A stretch of 64,000 bases of DNA from an uncultured Gammaproteobacteria bacterium. GTDB taxonomy: Bacteria > Patescibacteriota > Patescibacteriia > Magasanikbacterales > GWA2-37-8. The notes under the pieces were generated by a model, which worked only from the letters and a program-made list of their open reading frames with translations, did no database searches and was not told where the DNA came from. This document shows, piece after piece, positions 17,112-30,268 of the stretch (the stretch's first letter is position 1; the number at the start of each line of letters is the position of its first letter). The stretch spans positions 21,366-85,365 of the forward strand of contig CAZBWU010000004.1 of assembly GCA_964496095.1 (NCBI GenBank). The letters run 5' to 3'. The translations under genes and the position numbers were made by a program.

Positions 17112-19325
17112 ATGTATATGGCAGTAAAAAATTGGTCCACGCAGTGGGGTGGTAGAACTTTATCTGTTGAAGTTGGAAAGTTAGCTCTTCAAGCTAATGC
17201 TTCCTGTTTAGTAAGTTACGGCGATACTGTAATTTTGGCTACTGCCACCATGAGTAAAAACACTCGTGATGGTATAGACTTTTTTCCGCTCATGGTAAAC
17301 TTTGAAGAAAAGTTATATGCCGCTGGAAAAATAAAAGGCAGTCGTTTTATCAAAAGAGAAGGTCGTCCAACTGATGAAGCTATTTTGTCAGGTAGATTGG
17401 TTGATCGCGCTATTCGTCCTCTTTTTGATGAAGGCATGCGCAATGATATTCAGGTAATTCTTACCGCTCTGTCTTTTGATGGTGAAGTAGATTCTCAAAT
17501 CCCGGCGATGGTTGCCGCTTCTATGGTTTTGTCCATTTCCTCCATTCCTTGGAACGGTCCTATCGGCGGTGTTCGCGTTGGTCAAGTAGACGGAAACTGG
17601 AAAATCAATCCAACTATTGCTGAGAAACAATTAAGCACGGTAGATATTGTGATTGCTGGCACTCCAGAAAAAGTCATTATGGTAGAAGCTGGTTGTAAAG
17701 AAACCACCGAAGATCAAGTGATAGAAGCGATGCAGTTTGGCGCCAAAGAATTAGCTCCGCTTTTGGATTTTATCAAAAAAATTCAATCCGAAGTTGGTCA
17801 GACAAAGTTAGATTTAGCGGGCAAAGAAAGTGAAGCTAAAACAAATTTACAAACAGCTGAAAAGTTAGCCGATGAATTAGTTGCTAGTCATGTCGATGAT
17901 TGGATTTTTAATACTCCAAAAATGGACAGACGTGAAAGAGTGGCTCTTATAGAAAAATTCAGCGAAGCTATCAAACAAATGTTGGTAGAAAAAGAAACCG
18001 ACGAAACTACAATGAAAATTGTCTTGGGTCGGGTCAAAATTTATGTTGAAAAATATATCACCGAACAAATCTTAAAAAATAATCAACGCTTAGATGGTCG
18101 TGGTATTACTGATGTTCGTAATCTTACTGCCGAAGTAGCGCTTCTTCCTCGTACTCATGGTACTGGTATGTTTATGCGTGGTGATACTCAGGTCTTGTCT
18201 GTGGTGACTCTTGGCGCTCCTGGTGATGTCCAGACTGTTGATACCATGGAAGAAGATGGTACCAAGCGTTATATGCATCATTATAGTGATACTCCAGCTA
18301 CTTATGGCGAAACTGGTCCTTTACGTGGACCAGGTAATCGCGCCATTGGTCACGGAGCACTGGCCGAACGCGCCCTCGAACCTTTACTTCCTCCAGAGGC
18401 AGATTTTCCTTATGCTATTCGCGTAGTGTCTGAAGTTTTAGGTTCAAACGGATCCAGTTCTATGGCTTCGGTTTGTGGTTCAACTTTAGCTCTGATGGAT
18501 GCAGGTGTGCCAATTACCAAACCAGCTGCTGGTATTGCTATGGGTCTAGCAAGTGACAAGAGCGGAAACTGGAAAGTGATTACTGACCTACAAGATGTAG
18601 AAGACGGTCCAGGCGGTATGGACTTCAAGATTGCGGGTACTCGTGATGGTGTCACTGCTATCCAAATGGATACCAAGACCGAAGGTCTAAATTGGGAAAT
18701 TGTAAAACAAACTTTTGCCCAATCAAAAGAAGCGCGCTTGAAAATTTTGGATGTCATGAAAAATGTGATTGCTGAGCCTCGCAATGATTTGTCTAAGTAC
18801 GCTCCTCGCATTGTCACTATCAAGATCAATCCAGAAAAGATTAGAGATGTTATTGGTCCAGGTGGTAAGATGATTAACAAGATTATTGCTGAGACAGGAG
18901 TGTCTATTGATATTGAAGATGACGGACGTGTGTTTGTGACTTCTTCTGATGCAGCTGGTATGGAAAGAGCTGTGCAGTGGGTCAAAGAACTAACTCATGA
19001 AGTGACTGCCGGAGAATTGTTTGACGGAACCGTTGTTCGCTTAGAAGACTTTGGTGCATTTGTCCAAGTCCTTCCAGGCCAAGACGGTTTGGTGCATGTT
19101 AGTGAAATTTCTTGGGGCAGAACCAACAGCCCAAGTGATGTCTTACACATTGGCGATGTTATCAAAGTAGTTGTAAAAGAAATTGATAGCATGGGCAGAA
19201 TCAATCTTAGTATGAAACAGTTGCTTCCAAAACCAGAAGGTTATGTAGAACAGCCCCGCTTTGAAAGACCGCCTCGCAGTAATGGTGGTTTCAAAGGTGG
19301 AAATGGTGGAAGTAGACAAAGATAA
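17112..19325 (+). CDS. pnp: Polyribonucleotide nucleotidyltransferase (PNPase)
   Basis: Two RNase PH domains, KH (IGPGGKMINKIIAETG) and S1 domains, Gly-rich basic C-tail; 737 aa. Confidence 0.95.
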   Translation: MYMAVKNWSTQWGGRTLSVEVGKLALQANASCLVSYGDTVILATATMSKNTRDGIDFFPLMVNFEEKLYAAGKIKGSRFIKREGRPTDEAILSGRLVDRAIRPLFDEGMRNDIQVILTALSFDGEVDSQIPAMVAASMVLSISSIPWNGPIGGVRVGQVDGNWKINPTIAEKQLSTVDIVIAGTPEKVIMVEAGCKETTEDQVIEAMQFGAKELAPLLDFIKKIQSEVGQTKLDLAGKESEAKTNLQTAEKLADELVASHVDDWIFNTPKMDRRERVALIEKFSEAIKQMLVEKETDETTMKIVLGRVKIYVEKYITEQILKNNQRLDGRGITDVRNLTAEVALLPRTHGTGMFMRGDTQVLSVVTLGAPGDVQTVDTMEEDGTKRYMHHYSDTPATYGETGPLRGPGNRAIGHGALAERALEPLLPPEADFPYAIRVVSEVLGSNGSSSMASVCGSTLALMDAGVPITKPAAGIAMGLASDKSGNWKVITDLQDVEDGPGGMDFKIAGTRDGVTAIQMDTKTEGLNWEIVKQTFAQSKEARLKILDVMKNVIAEPRNDLSKYAPRIVTIKINPEKIRDVIGPGGKMINKIIAETGVSIDIEDDGRVFVTSSDAAGMERAVQWVKELTHEVTAGELFDGTVVRLEDFGAFVQVLPGQDGLVHVSEISWGRTNSPSDVLHIGDVIKVVVKEIDSMGRINLSMKQLLPKPEGYVEQPRFERPPRSNGGFKGGNGGSRQR

Positions 19326-19345
19326 GCAAAACTTAAAATTAATTA

Positions 19346-19378
19346 AAACAACCCTGAATAAAGTGGGGTTGTTTTTTT
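19346..19378 (+). terminator. Rho-independent terminator after pnp
   Basis: AAACAACCC-TGAATAAAGT-GGGGTTGTTTTTTT. Confidence 0.7.
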
Positions 19379-19478
19379 ATTATTATGGAAGCAAAGCTTT
19401 GCAATTACGTCGGTGATCGCAAGAAAAAATTAATTTTTTCTTGACTCGTACCTAGTAATTGTGGTAAATTCCTACCAT

Positions 19479-19560
19479 GCTGGAATGGCGGAATTGGTAT
19501 ACGCGCCAGTCTTAGGAACTGGTTCCGTAAGGATTGAGGGTTCGAGTCCCTCTTCCAGCA
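19479..19560 (+). tRNA. tRNA-Leu (anticodon TAG) with long variable arm
   Basis: GCTGGAA...anticodon loop CTTAGGA...extra arm...GAGGGTTCGAGTCCCTC TTCCAGC-A. Confidence 0.75.
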
Positions 19561-19633
19561 CATATTACAGTAGAAAGTGTAAGTTTTTTCTAGCAGCACG
19601 GCGGTAAAAGCTAATTCACTTAATCTACTTCCT

Positions 19634-20647
19634 ATGTTAATAAATAGAACTCTTTTAAAGGTTTTTTTACCCGTATTTTTTCTTGGTATATTTTTTTTAG
19701 TTTTGTTTCCTTTTCTTAATCCGATTGTTTCTCAAAATGTAGAGATGCTCACAAACACTACGCCATCTTCTGCAGTAGAAAAATCTTTGGATATTACCAC
19801 CACTTCATCTTCTTTAATTAATCCAGCTAGGACAACTAGTGTTATTATAACAAAAGCAAAAAGCCCCCCTGTTGCTTCTAAACCAGAAGTACCTAAAACA
19901 GTTGTGCAGCCAGTGCCTCCTAGCCCAACTCCGACAGCTCCTGTCATAACACCAGTTGCATCTCTGCCTAAAATGAAAATTGCACTTCCTTTATATGTTT
20001 ACCCATCTCCGAATGAAAAAAATTGGCAAATGGCTATAGATGCAGATGATCAGGTAGATTTTATTATTGCCAATGTACATAACGGACCCGGCATGGAAAT
20101 TAAAATTAACTGGACAGACATGATACAAAAAACTGTAACGGCAGGAGTAAAAGTTTATGGGTATGTGTATACCGAGTATGGTAAAAGAGATGCAGGATTA
20201 GTGGATACAGACGTAGCACTTTGGTTTAAATTCTATCCGCAAATCAGCGGAATATTTTTTGACGAAGTGGCTTCAGGGGCCGACAAGCTTCCGTACTATA
20301 AAGCGCGGCATCAGTATGTAAAAAATATTAATTCAAAATTACAAGTTGTTATTAATCCAGGCACCAATACTGACGAAGGGTATATGAACGTATCTGATGT
20401 AAATATTGTTTTTGAAAGTGGTTATGGTAGTTGGCTGACTAAAAAAATGCCAGCTTGGGTTCCTAAGTATCCTAAGGAGAGGTTTTATGCTATTATTTAT
20501 GATGTGCCAAATGAAATTAAAATGAAAGAAGCAGTGCAAGTTGCTAAGGAAAGAAATTTTGGTAGAATATTTATTACTAGCGCCAGCGGCCCTTCCAGCC
20601 CGCTGCCTCCATACTTTCAAGCGGAGCTTTCAGAAATTGCTAAGTAA
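19634..20647 (+). CDS. Membrane-anchored protein with Pro/Thr-rich linker and spherulin-4-like (glycoside-hydrolase-like) domain
   Basis: N-terminal TM and PT-rich linker. The domain YVYPSPNE..W......D.VDFIIANVHNGPG...YGYVYT.YG.R looks like spherulation-specific family 4; low certainty. Confidence 0.4.
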   Translation: MLINRTLLKVFLPVFFLGIFFLVLFPFLNPIVSQNVEMLTNTTPSSAVEKSLDITTTSSSLINPARTTSVIITKAKSPPVASKPEVPKTVVQPVPPSPTPTAPVITPVASLPKMKIALPLYVYPSPNEKNWQMAIDADDQVDFIIANVHNGPGMEIKINWTDMIQKTVTAGVKVYGYVYTEYGKRDAGLVDTDVALWFKFYPQISGIFFDEVASGADKLPYYKARHQYVKNINSKLQVVINPGTNTDEGYMNVSDVNIVFESGYGSWLTKKMPAWVPKYPKERFYAIIYDVPNEIKMKEAVQVAKERNFGRIFITSASGPSSPLPPYFQAELSEIAK

Positions 20648-20672
20648 TGATTATTAGTTTGGGTAAATTTAT

Positions 20673-20993
20673 ATGAAAATACATAATGATACTATATTTT
20701 CTGTGCTAGAATATGATAAAAATTTACCGAAACTTGATTTACATGGAGTTAGAGTAGAAGATGTAGAAACAGAAATTATAAATTTTATTTCAAAGCAAAT
20801 TAGTTTTGGTCATGATAAAATACAGATTATCTACGGTCGCGGAGGGAAAGGAATTTTAAGAGAAAAAACAAAAGAAGTTTTGGCGGAAAATATAACAGAA
20901 AAAGACTTGAACAAAAAGTTTGTTAAAGCCTGGAAAGAGGCAGAACAGGTAAATGCTGGGGCTAGGTGTCTCGTTTTGTTATTAATTGATTAG
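20673..20993 (+). CDS. Smr (small MutS-related) domain protein
   Basis: LDLHGVRVEDVETEIINFISKQISFGHDKIQIIYGRGGKGILREK matches the Smr motif (LDLHG...I.HGKG.G.LR). Confidence 0.6.
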   Translation: MKIHNDTIFSVLEYDKNLPKLDLHGVRVEDVETEIINFISKQISFGHDKIQIIYGRGGKGILREKTKEVLAENITEKDLNKKFVKAWKEAEQVNAGARCLVLLLID

Positions 20994-21018
20994 TATTTAC
21001 GTTAAAAATTAGTAAGAT

Positions 21019-22650
21019 ATGAAAGCCTCAGATTTATTTGTTAAAAGTTTAGAAGCAGCCGGGGTGCGCTATATTTTTGGTTTGCCTGGCGAAGAAAATT
21101 TGGCATTTATAGAAGCAGTACGCACTTCTTCAATTCGGTTTATTACCACCCGAAACGAACAGACAGCTGTCTTTATGGCCGCAACAGTCGGTCGTCTTAC
21201 CGGACGGGTTGGGGTAGCTCTTTCCACTCTTGGTCCAGGTGCGACCAATCTTGTCACTGGCGTGGCCTACGCGCAACTCGGTGGTTTGCCAACCCTTGTG
21301 ATTACCGGACAGAAGCCAATTAAAAAAAGCAAGCAGGGAAAGTTTCAGATAATTGATGTCGTGGCTATGATGAAACCGATCACTAAAATGTCTGAGACTA
21401 TAGTCAGTGCTACACGCATTCCGACGATGGTGGCTCAGGCTATTCGTGTTGCTGAAGCGGAGAGACCAGGTGCCGTACACCTAGAGTTCCCCGAAGATAT
21501 CGCCGAAGAAAATGCTGATGAAGAGCCTTTGCTGTGGAGTAAAGTCAGACGCCCTTTGCCTGATGATAAAAGCATTGAAACAGTCGTAGCTGCTATAGAA
21601 AGCGCGCAGTCGCCTCTTATTACTATTGCTGCGGGCGCCAACCGTAAGCTTATCCGTAAACAGCTTCGGAATTTTATTCAAAAAACCAATATTCCTTTTG
21701 TTACTACACAGATGGGAAAGGGAGTTGAAGATGAAAGTTTGGAAGGCTATATTGGCACAACCGCCCTTTCTAGTAATGACATAGTACACCAAGCGATTGC
21801 TACTGCTGACCTAATTATTCTTGTTGGACATGATATTACCGAAAAGCCACCGGCGCTTGCCATATCGCATCAACACATAGTGCATATAAATTTTTCTCCG
21901 GCCGAAATAAATGAAGTATACAAACCAAAGTATGAAGTAATTGGTGATATTTCGCATGCGCTCTGGGCTATGACTGAACGAATTAATGTACAATCTAGAT
22001 GGAATTTTGAGAATGCCAAAAAAGTAAAAGAGGAACTGCTCACTGATATTAAAGTTAAATCTAATGATGCTAATTTTCCGATTAAGCCACAACGATTTGT
22101 ACACGATTTGCGCCAAGTCATGCCGCGAGACGCTATTCTTTCTCTTGATAACGGAATGTACAAACTCTGGATTGCGCGCAATTATCCGGCGTATGAACAA
22201 AATACGGTTTTGCTTGATAATGCCTTTGCCACGATGGGCGCGGGTTTTGGAGTTGGGATGGCTGCTAAACTTATTAATCCTCAAACCAAAGTTGTGGTGG
22301 TCGCCGGAGATGGTGGATTTATGATGAACATTGGTGATTTAGAGACAGCTACAAGGTTGGGTCTAGATTTAGTCGTAGTCGTACTCGAAGACAATGGTTA
22401 TGGTATGATAAAATGGAAACAAGCTGCCATGAATTTGCCAGATTTTGGCCTTGATTTTACCAATCCTGATTTTGTAAAACTTGCTGAAAGTTTTGGGGCG
22501 ACTGGCCATCGTATAACCTCTGCGGATGCATTTGCGCCGACATTAGCGCAGGCGCTTGCTGGTAGAGGGGTGCATGTGATTGTGTTGCCGATAGATTATA
22601 GCGAGAACACAACTACTTTTGGCTCGCTTTTAAAAACAATGCATAAATAA
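21019..22650 (+). CDS. Thiamine-pyrophosphate enzyme of the acetolactate-synthase large-subunit family
   Basis: N-terminal GLPGEENLAFIEAV...RNEQTAVFMAATVGRLTGRVGVALSTLGPGATNLVTGVAYAQLGGLPTLVITGQ and a C-terminal TPP-binding GDGGFMMN motif. Confidence 0.7.
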   Translation: MKASDLFVKSLEAAGVRYIFGLPGEENLAFIEAVRTSSIRFITTRNEQTAVFMAATVGRLTGRVGVALSTLGPGATNLVTGVAYAQLGGLPTLVITGQKPIKKSKQGKFQIIDVVAMMKPITKMSETIVSATRIPTMVAQAIRVAEAERPGAVHLEFPEDIAEENADEEPLLWSKVRRPLPDDKSIETVVAAIESAQSPLITIAAGANRKLIRKQLRNFIQKTNIPFVTTQMGKGVEDESLEGYIGTTALSSNDIVHQAIATADLIILVGHDITEKPPALAISHQHIVHINFSPAEINEVYKPKYEVIGDISHALWAMTERINVQSRWNFENAKKVKEELLTDIKVKSNDANFPIKPQRFVHDLRQVMPRDAILSLDNGMYKLWIARNYPAYEQNTVLLDNAFATMGAGFGVGMAAKLINPQTKVVVVAGDGGFMMNIGDLETATRLGLDLVVVVLEDNGYGMIKWKQAAMNLPDFGLDFTNPDFVKLAESFGATGHRITSADAFAPTLAQALAGRGVHVIVLPIDYSENTTTFGSLLKTMHK

Positions 22651-22653
22651 AAT

Positions 22654-24024
22654 ATGACTTTACGTTCTATTAATCCAGCCACGCTGGGAGTAATATTAGA
22701 GACAGAAGAACTTTCCTCAGCAGAGCTTGAAGCAAAAATTTCTATTGCCGAGATCGCAGCTAGAGCTTGGAAAGAAACATCTTTTGCAGAGCGCAGTATC
22801 TTGATGAAGCGTGCGGCCTTAGAGTTGCGTACGCAAAGTGCGTCACTCGCCAAAATTATTACCGGCGAAGTGGGTAAAACCTTAGCTGCCTCAGCAGCTG
22901 AAATTGAAAAATGCGCGACGGTCTGTGATTATTATAGTGACAACGCTGAGAATTTTTTACAGCCTGAAATTGTGCTCACAGAAACAAGTAAAAATTATAT
23001 ACGATGTGAACCTCTTGGGATTGTGTTAGCTGTAATGCCATGGAACTTTCCTTTGTGGCAAGTATTTCGTTTTGCAGCACCAGCGTTGATGGCTGGGAAT
23101 ATAGGCATACTTAAACATGCTTCCAATGTGCAGGGGAGTGCTGCGGCTATTGAGCGGATATTTATTGAGGCTGGATTTCCAAGTGGTGTGTTTTCTAATT
23201 TGGCTTTAGGCTCTGCGCGTGTGGCTGGTATTATTCGAGATCCACGTATCAAAGCTGTAACCCTGACTGGTAGTGAGAAAGCTGGTAGTGATGTTGCTTC
23301 TATTGCCGGTAAAGAGATAAAAAAGGTGGTGCTTGAACTTGGTGGCAGTGACCCATTTATTGTCTTGTCTGATGCTGATTTAAATATGGCTGTAGCAACA
23401 GCTGTATCTGCACGGATGCAATCAAATGCTGGTCAGAGTTGTATCGCGGCCAAGAGATTTATTGTACATGAAAGTATCGCCGATGAATTTGTCAAACTTT
23501 TAGTGGAAGCAGTTAGTAAGCTCAAAGTTGGAGATCCGCTTGAGTCTACTACTAATGTAGGGCCACTTGCTAACGAACAGATGGTGAGAGATATTGAACA
23601 GCAAGTTGCATTATCAGTAGCCAAAGGCGCTCGTGTTTTGGTTGGTGGTTCGCACGCAGATATGAAAGGGTGTTTTTATCTGCCAACTGTATTAACTGAG
23701 GTCACCAAAGGAATGCCTGTCTATGACGAAGAAGTCTTTGGACCAGTATTGCCAGTTATTACTTTTAAAGATGTAGATGAGGCTGTCGCTATTGCCAATG
23801 ACAGCCCGTATGGTTTGGGCGCAACCATCTTCAGTCGTGATATTGCCCTGGCAACAAGTCTTGCAGAGAAAATAGAGTCTGGCAGTGTATTTATAAATAG
23901 TCAGGTGAAATCAGATCCACGACTTCCTTTTGGCGGTATCAAAAAATCAGGCTATGGTCGTGAGTTGTCGCACTATGGCATCAAAGAATTTGTGAGCATT
24001 AAGACAATTTCAGTGTCTGAATAA
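22654..24024 (+). CDS. NAD(P)-dependent aldehyde dehydrogenase family protein
   Basis: Catalytic motifs ELGGSDP and GQSCIAAKR; 456 aa. Confidence 0.85.
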   Translation: MTLRSINPATLGVILETEELSSAELEAKISIAEIAARAWKETSFAERSILMKRAALELRTQSASLAKIITGEVGKTLAASAAEIEKCATVCDYYSDNAENFLQPEIVLTETSKNYIRCEPLGIVLAVMPWNFPLWQVFRFAAPALMAGNIGILKHASNVQGSAAAIERIFIEAGFPSGVFSNLALGSARVAGIIRDPRIKAVTLTGSEKAGSDVASIAGKEIKKVVLELGGSDPFIVLSDADLNMAVATAVSARMQSNAGQSCIAAKRFIVHESIADEFVKLLVEAVSKLKVGDPLESTTNVGPLANEQMVRDIEQQVALSVAKGARVLVGGSHADMKGCFYLPTVLTEVTKGMPVYDEEVFGPVLPVITFKDVDEAVAIANDSPYGLGATIFSRDIALATSLAEKIESGSVFINSQVKSDPRLPFGGIKKSGYGRELSHYGIKEFVSIKTISVSE

Positions 24025-24121
24025 GGCTAAAGTACTGTTAATAAAATAGCACCTTCTAGGTCAGTGTTCTGGGTACAAAACTTATCCACAGACTTCCACT
24101 TTTAGCCCGCCTATAAAGGGG

Positions 24122-24150
24122 TTGACAGATGTTTTAGTTTTAGCTATAAT
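24122..24150 (+). promoter_or_regulatory. Perfect-consensus sigma70 promoter driving the 23S-5S operon
   Basis: TTGACA, 17 nt, TATAAT; followed by about 450-nt leader with no 16S gene. Confidence 0.7.
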
Positions 24151-24594
24151 CGTCTGTACGTGTAAAGTCTCGACTCATTCGAGAGCCATGTCCACTACTG
24201 GACCTCTGGGTAAATCTAAGTTTTTCCCCGATTTATCGGGATTATCCTAACCATGATAAACAAGACTAAAATTTTCCTCAGATAATCCAGGTGGTAAAAA
24301 TCTCAATTTTGAGAGACCGCTTGCAGGCGGTCGTTGTGTTTTATAAAAGCATTTCAAACGAAGCGAAAAATTTAAAATAGATTTTTCACTTGGGTTGAAA
24401 TGATAGTGCCGGTTGAAAAGAGTGTACGTTGACAATTCATTGGTCAATTCAACAATAATAGGGTATGTAGTTCCCAAATATAAGTTTGGGATACCTTGAT
24501 GTCAGGCTACGGTTTGACGTCAGGTACATCTACACAAAACACGATGAATTTTCTACAGGACAATAGGCCTGTACGTAGAGAAGCACTCTTTAGT

Positions 24595-27850
<3,256 letters not shown>

Positions 27851-27944
27851 GTGCTTTGATTCTAGAAGTCTTCGTCTGATTTCTAGAAAGACCCTGTTAT
27901 TGTTGGATCAATGAATTGAATTTTTAAAATAAAAAGACCATTTT

Positions 27945-28053
27945 CTTGGTGACATGAGCGATTGGGTCACACCTGTTCCCATCCCGAACACAGAAGTTAA
28001 GCCAATCAGCGCCGATGATAGCCGCAAGGCAAAAGTAGGCCGTCGCCAGGACA
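27945..28053 (+). rRNA. rrf: 5S ribosomal RNA
   Basis: CCCATCCCGAACACAGAAGTTAAGC core with terminal helix CTTGGTGAC/GTCGCCAGG. Flanked by the inverted repeat AAAAAGACCATT...AATGGTCTTTTTTT, which serves as processing stem and terminator. Confidence 0.85.
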
Positions 28054-28193
28054 ATGGTCTTTTTTTAATTTAACGAAATTATGTCGCGTACCGTCCATTG
28101 AAACGCGGCGCTTTATTATTTTTTATAGGAGTGTTTTTTTATTTCTTTTTATGTTATTATTTCCTATATCCTAATTCCTGTATTCTAAATAAT

Positions 28194-29015
28194 ATGGATC
28201 TCTCAATTTTTCAAAATCAAGGCAAATATTTAATGTTGGCTTTTGACCATCGTGATAGTTTTAAAAAATATGTTAATCCTGCTAATCCAGATAAAGCTAC
28301 TGACGAAGATTTAATCAAGGTTAAAAGCATGGTTATAAACGCCCTTGAAGATCAATTTAGCGGTGTGCTTTTAGATGTAGATTGGGGTTTAGCTGGCTAC
28401 AAATCAAAAAATAAACCTTATCTGTTACCTTTAGAAAAAAGCGGTTACACAGATGTTGAAGGTGATAGAACAACAGAATTAGAATACACAGCCAAACAAT
28501 TAAAAGATCTGGGAGCAAGCGGAACAAAATTATTATTGTATTTTAATCCAGAAGCCAAAAATTGTGACGAGCAGCTAGAAACTGCTAAACAAGCCTTGGA
28601 AGATTCGCGTCAAAACGACCTGCCTTTATTTTTGGAAATTGTGACATATGGTAATGAAGAATTAGGCAAGAGCCGATGTGAGTGGGTTCTGCGCTCGGTG
28701 CAAATGTTATTAGAAAGCGAAGTTGTGCCAGATGTGTGGAAATTGGAGTATCCAGGTGATTTGGAATCATGTAAAAAAATAGATGAGTTGGTTGGGAATA
28801 TTCCTTGGATTCTTCTAACTCGAGGAGAAAAGTTTGATAAATTTGATGAGCAACTGAAAGACGCGGTGGCAGCCGGAGCGGTTGGATTTTTGGCTGGCAG
28901 AGCCTTGTGGCAGGAGATAGGAGAGTGCAGGACAGATGAAGATAGACAGGAGTTTTTGGACAAAACAGTGAAAAATAGGTTTAAGATTATTTCAGATATT
29001 GTTTTAGGAAAATAA
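28194..29015 (+). CDS. Class I aldolase of the LacD/DeoC-like family (tagatose/fructose-bisphosphate aldolase-like). The start is uncertain: the track ORF begins at 28098, but the ATG at about 28194 is preferred.
   Basis: GKYLMLAFDHRDSF resembles the LacD motif (ALAIDQRGAL). The upstream 32 codons are hydrophobic and overlap the rRNA terminator. Confidence 0.45.
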   Translation: MDLSIFQNQGKYLMLAFDHRDSFKKYVNPANPDKATDEDLIKVKSMVINALEDQFSGVLLDVDWGLAGYKSKNKPYLLPLEKSGYTDVEGDRTTELEYTAKQLKDLGASGTKLLLYFNPEAKNCDEQLETAKQALEDSRQNDLPLFLEIVTYGNEELGKSRCEWVLRSVQMLLESEVVPDVWKLEYPGDLESCKKIDELVGNIPWILLTRGEKFDKFDEQLKDAVAAGAVGFLAGRALWQEIGECRTDEDRQEFLDKTVKNRFKIISDIVLGK

Positions 29016-29039
29016 ATTTTTTTTGTTCCACCTTTTGTA

Positions 29040-29520
29040 ACCAAAAGCTGGAGTGAAAAGTTTCCGAAGCCTTATACTCGCCGTCGGTACTTCCATCGGT
29101 TCAAACTCACTGTTGTCCTGAACTCAATCGGCCGTCTCTAACGGCCGATCTCACACAGCAGGACAACTTCCAGTCGCTCAAGCGACTGGCAACCGCTCGT
29201 TTTCACCGTGGCAAGTACACGCCGTTTTGTATAGGCTCGGATAGACAATCGTTGTTGTTGGTGCGAGACTTGAAATTAGGAGGTAGCAGACAGAGATGAG
29301 CCGGAGCGGTTCTTCAAAAGAATTCGCCCTGCTGTTTGAGTCCGCCCAAGGCGGATGAGTTCAGGGCGGAAGCGAGGGTGAGTCCTGTCTGGCTCCGAGT
29401 AGTTTCATTAGCTCGCGCTTCTTGCTTACTTCTTCTAAAGAAGTAAGGAAAAGTACTTTATCCACAGAAAAGCTGTCAGAAAAAAATTGACAGCTTTTTT
29501 TGTCTATGTTATGCTTATTT
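29040..29520 (+). ncRNA. Unidentified GC-rich, highly structured noncoding segment (candidate structured RNA); strand unknown
   Basis: No ORF in the track across about 480 nt. GC is clearly above the local background. Nested palindromes: GTTGTCCTG...CGGCCGTCTCTAACGGCCG...CAGGACAAC; CCAGTCGCTCAAGCGACTGG; GCCCTG...TCCGCCCAAGGCGGA...CAGGGC; CTTACTTCTTCTAAAGAAGTAAG. A terminal AGCTGTCAGAAAAAAATTGACAGCTTTTTTTG terminator precedes the downstream gene. Confidence 0.3.
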
Positions 29521-29530
29521 TAGCCAAAAT

Positions 29531-30265
29531 ATGCATACTAATTTCTTACAAAAACTTGGTTTTTCTGACAAGATGTCTACTGTGTATGTAGGCTTGCTTC
29601 GTTTGGGGCCATCTTCAGTACGAGAAGTGGCTGAAAATACAGGTATTAACCGTGGTACCGTCCATGAGCTCCTGAAAGAGTTGAGAGAAAAGGACTTGGT
29701 TGGTTTTTATGAAAAGGATTCTAAGCAGTATTTTGTTGCTGAAGATCCAGCTCGTCTCAATGTCTTGCTTGCCAAGCAGATGGAAGATTTACAAGAAGTA
29801 AAAAAAGATATAGATCAGCTCGTACCGGAATTGAAATCCTTGCACGACAAAGGCGGAGAGCGCCCGGTAGCTCGTTATTTTGAAAAAGAAAAAATCCATG
29901 AAATTTTAGAAGATGTTTTGGAAGTTTGTGAACGAACTGGAGAAATGGAATATCGGATTTATTCTACGGCTGGAATTCGTGAATATATTTATGATGGTTT
30001 TGAAACATTTAGCGACGCGCGTTTGGCTAAAGGCATTGCAGTTAAAGTAATTGCGATTGGTAAAGGTGGTGAGTTGCGCGGTTTGGATGAGCGTAAGTGG
30101 CTCGAAGCATCTTCAGACACACAAACATATATTATTATCTATCCTGGTAAAACTGCATATATTTCTTTGGATGCCAAAAATGAACCAGTGGGAGTAGTGA
30201 TAGAGAATTCCGGCGTCTATGAAACCCAAAAAAATATTTTTGATAGTTTGTGGATTAAAATTTAG
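29531..30265 (+). CDS. TrmB-family transcriptional regulator (HTH)
   Basis: N-terminal KLGFSDKMSTVYVGLLRLGPSSVREVAENTGINRGTVHELLKELREKDLV winged-helix as in TrmB. Confidence 0.55.
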   Translation: MHTNFLQKLGFSDKMSTVYVGLLRLGPSSVREVAENTGINRGTVHELLKELREKDLVGFYEKDSKQYFVAEDPARLNVLLAKQMEDLQEVKKDIDQLVPELKSLHDKGGERPVARYFEKEKIHEILEDVLEVCERTGEMEYRIYSTAGIREYIYDGFETFSDARLAKGIAVKVIAIGKGGELRGLDERKWLEASSDTQTYIIIYPGKTAYISLDAKNEPVGVVIENSGVYETQKNIFDSLWIKI

Positions 30266-30268
30266 CAT

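Noticed and set aside
24025-24594. 16S rRNA upstream of the 23S
   Set aside because: No 16S signature blocks are present. The preceding 24 kb is protein-coding, and the operon has its own promoter, so the 23S-5S unit is unlinked.
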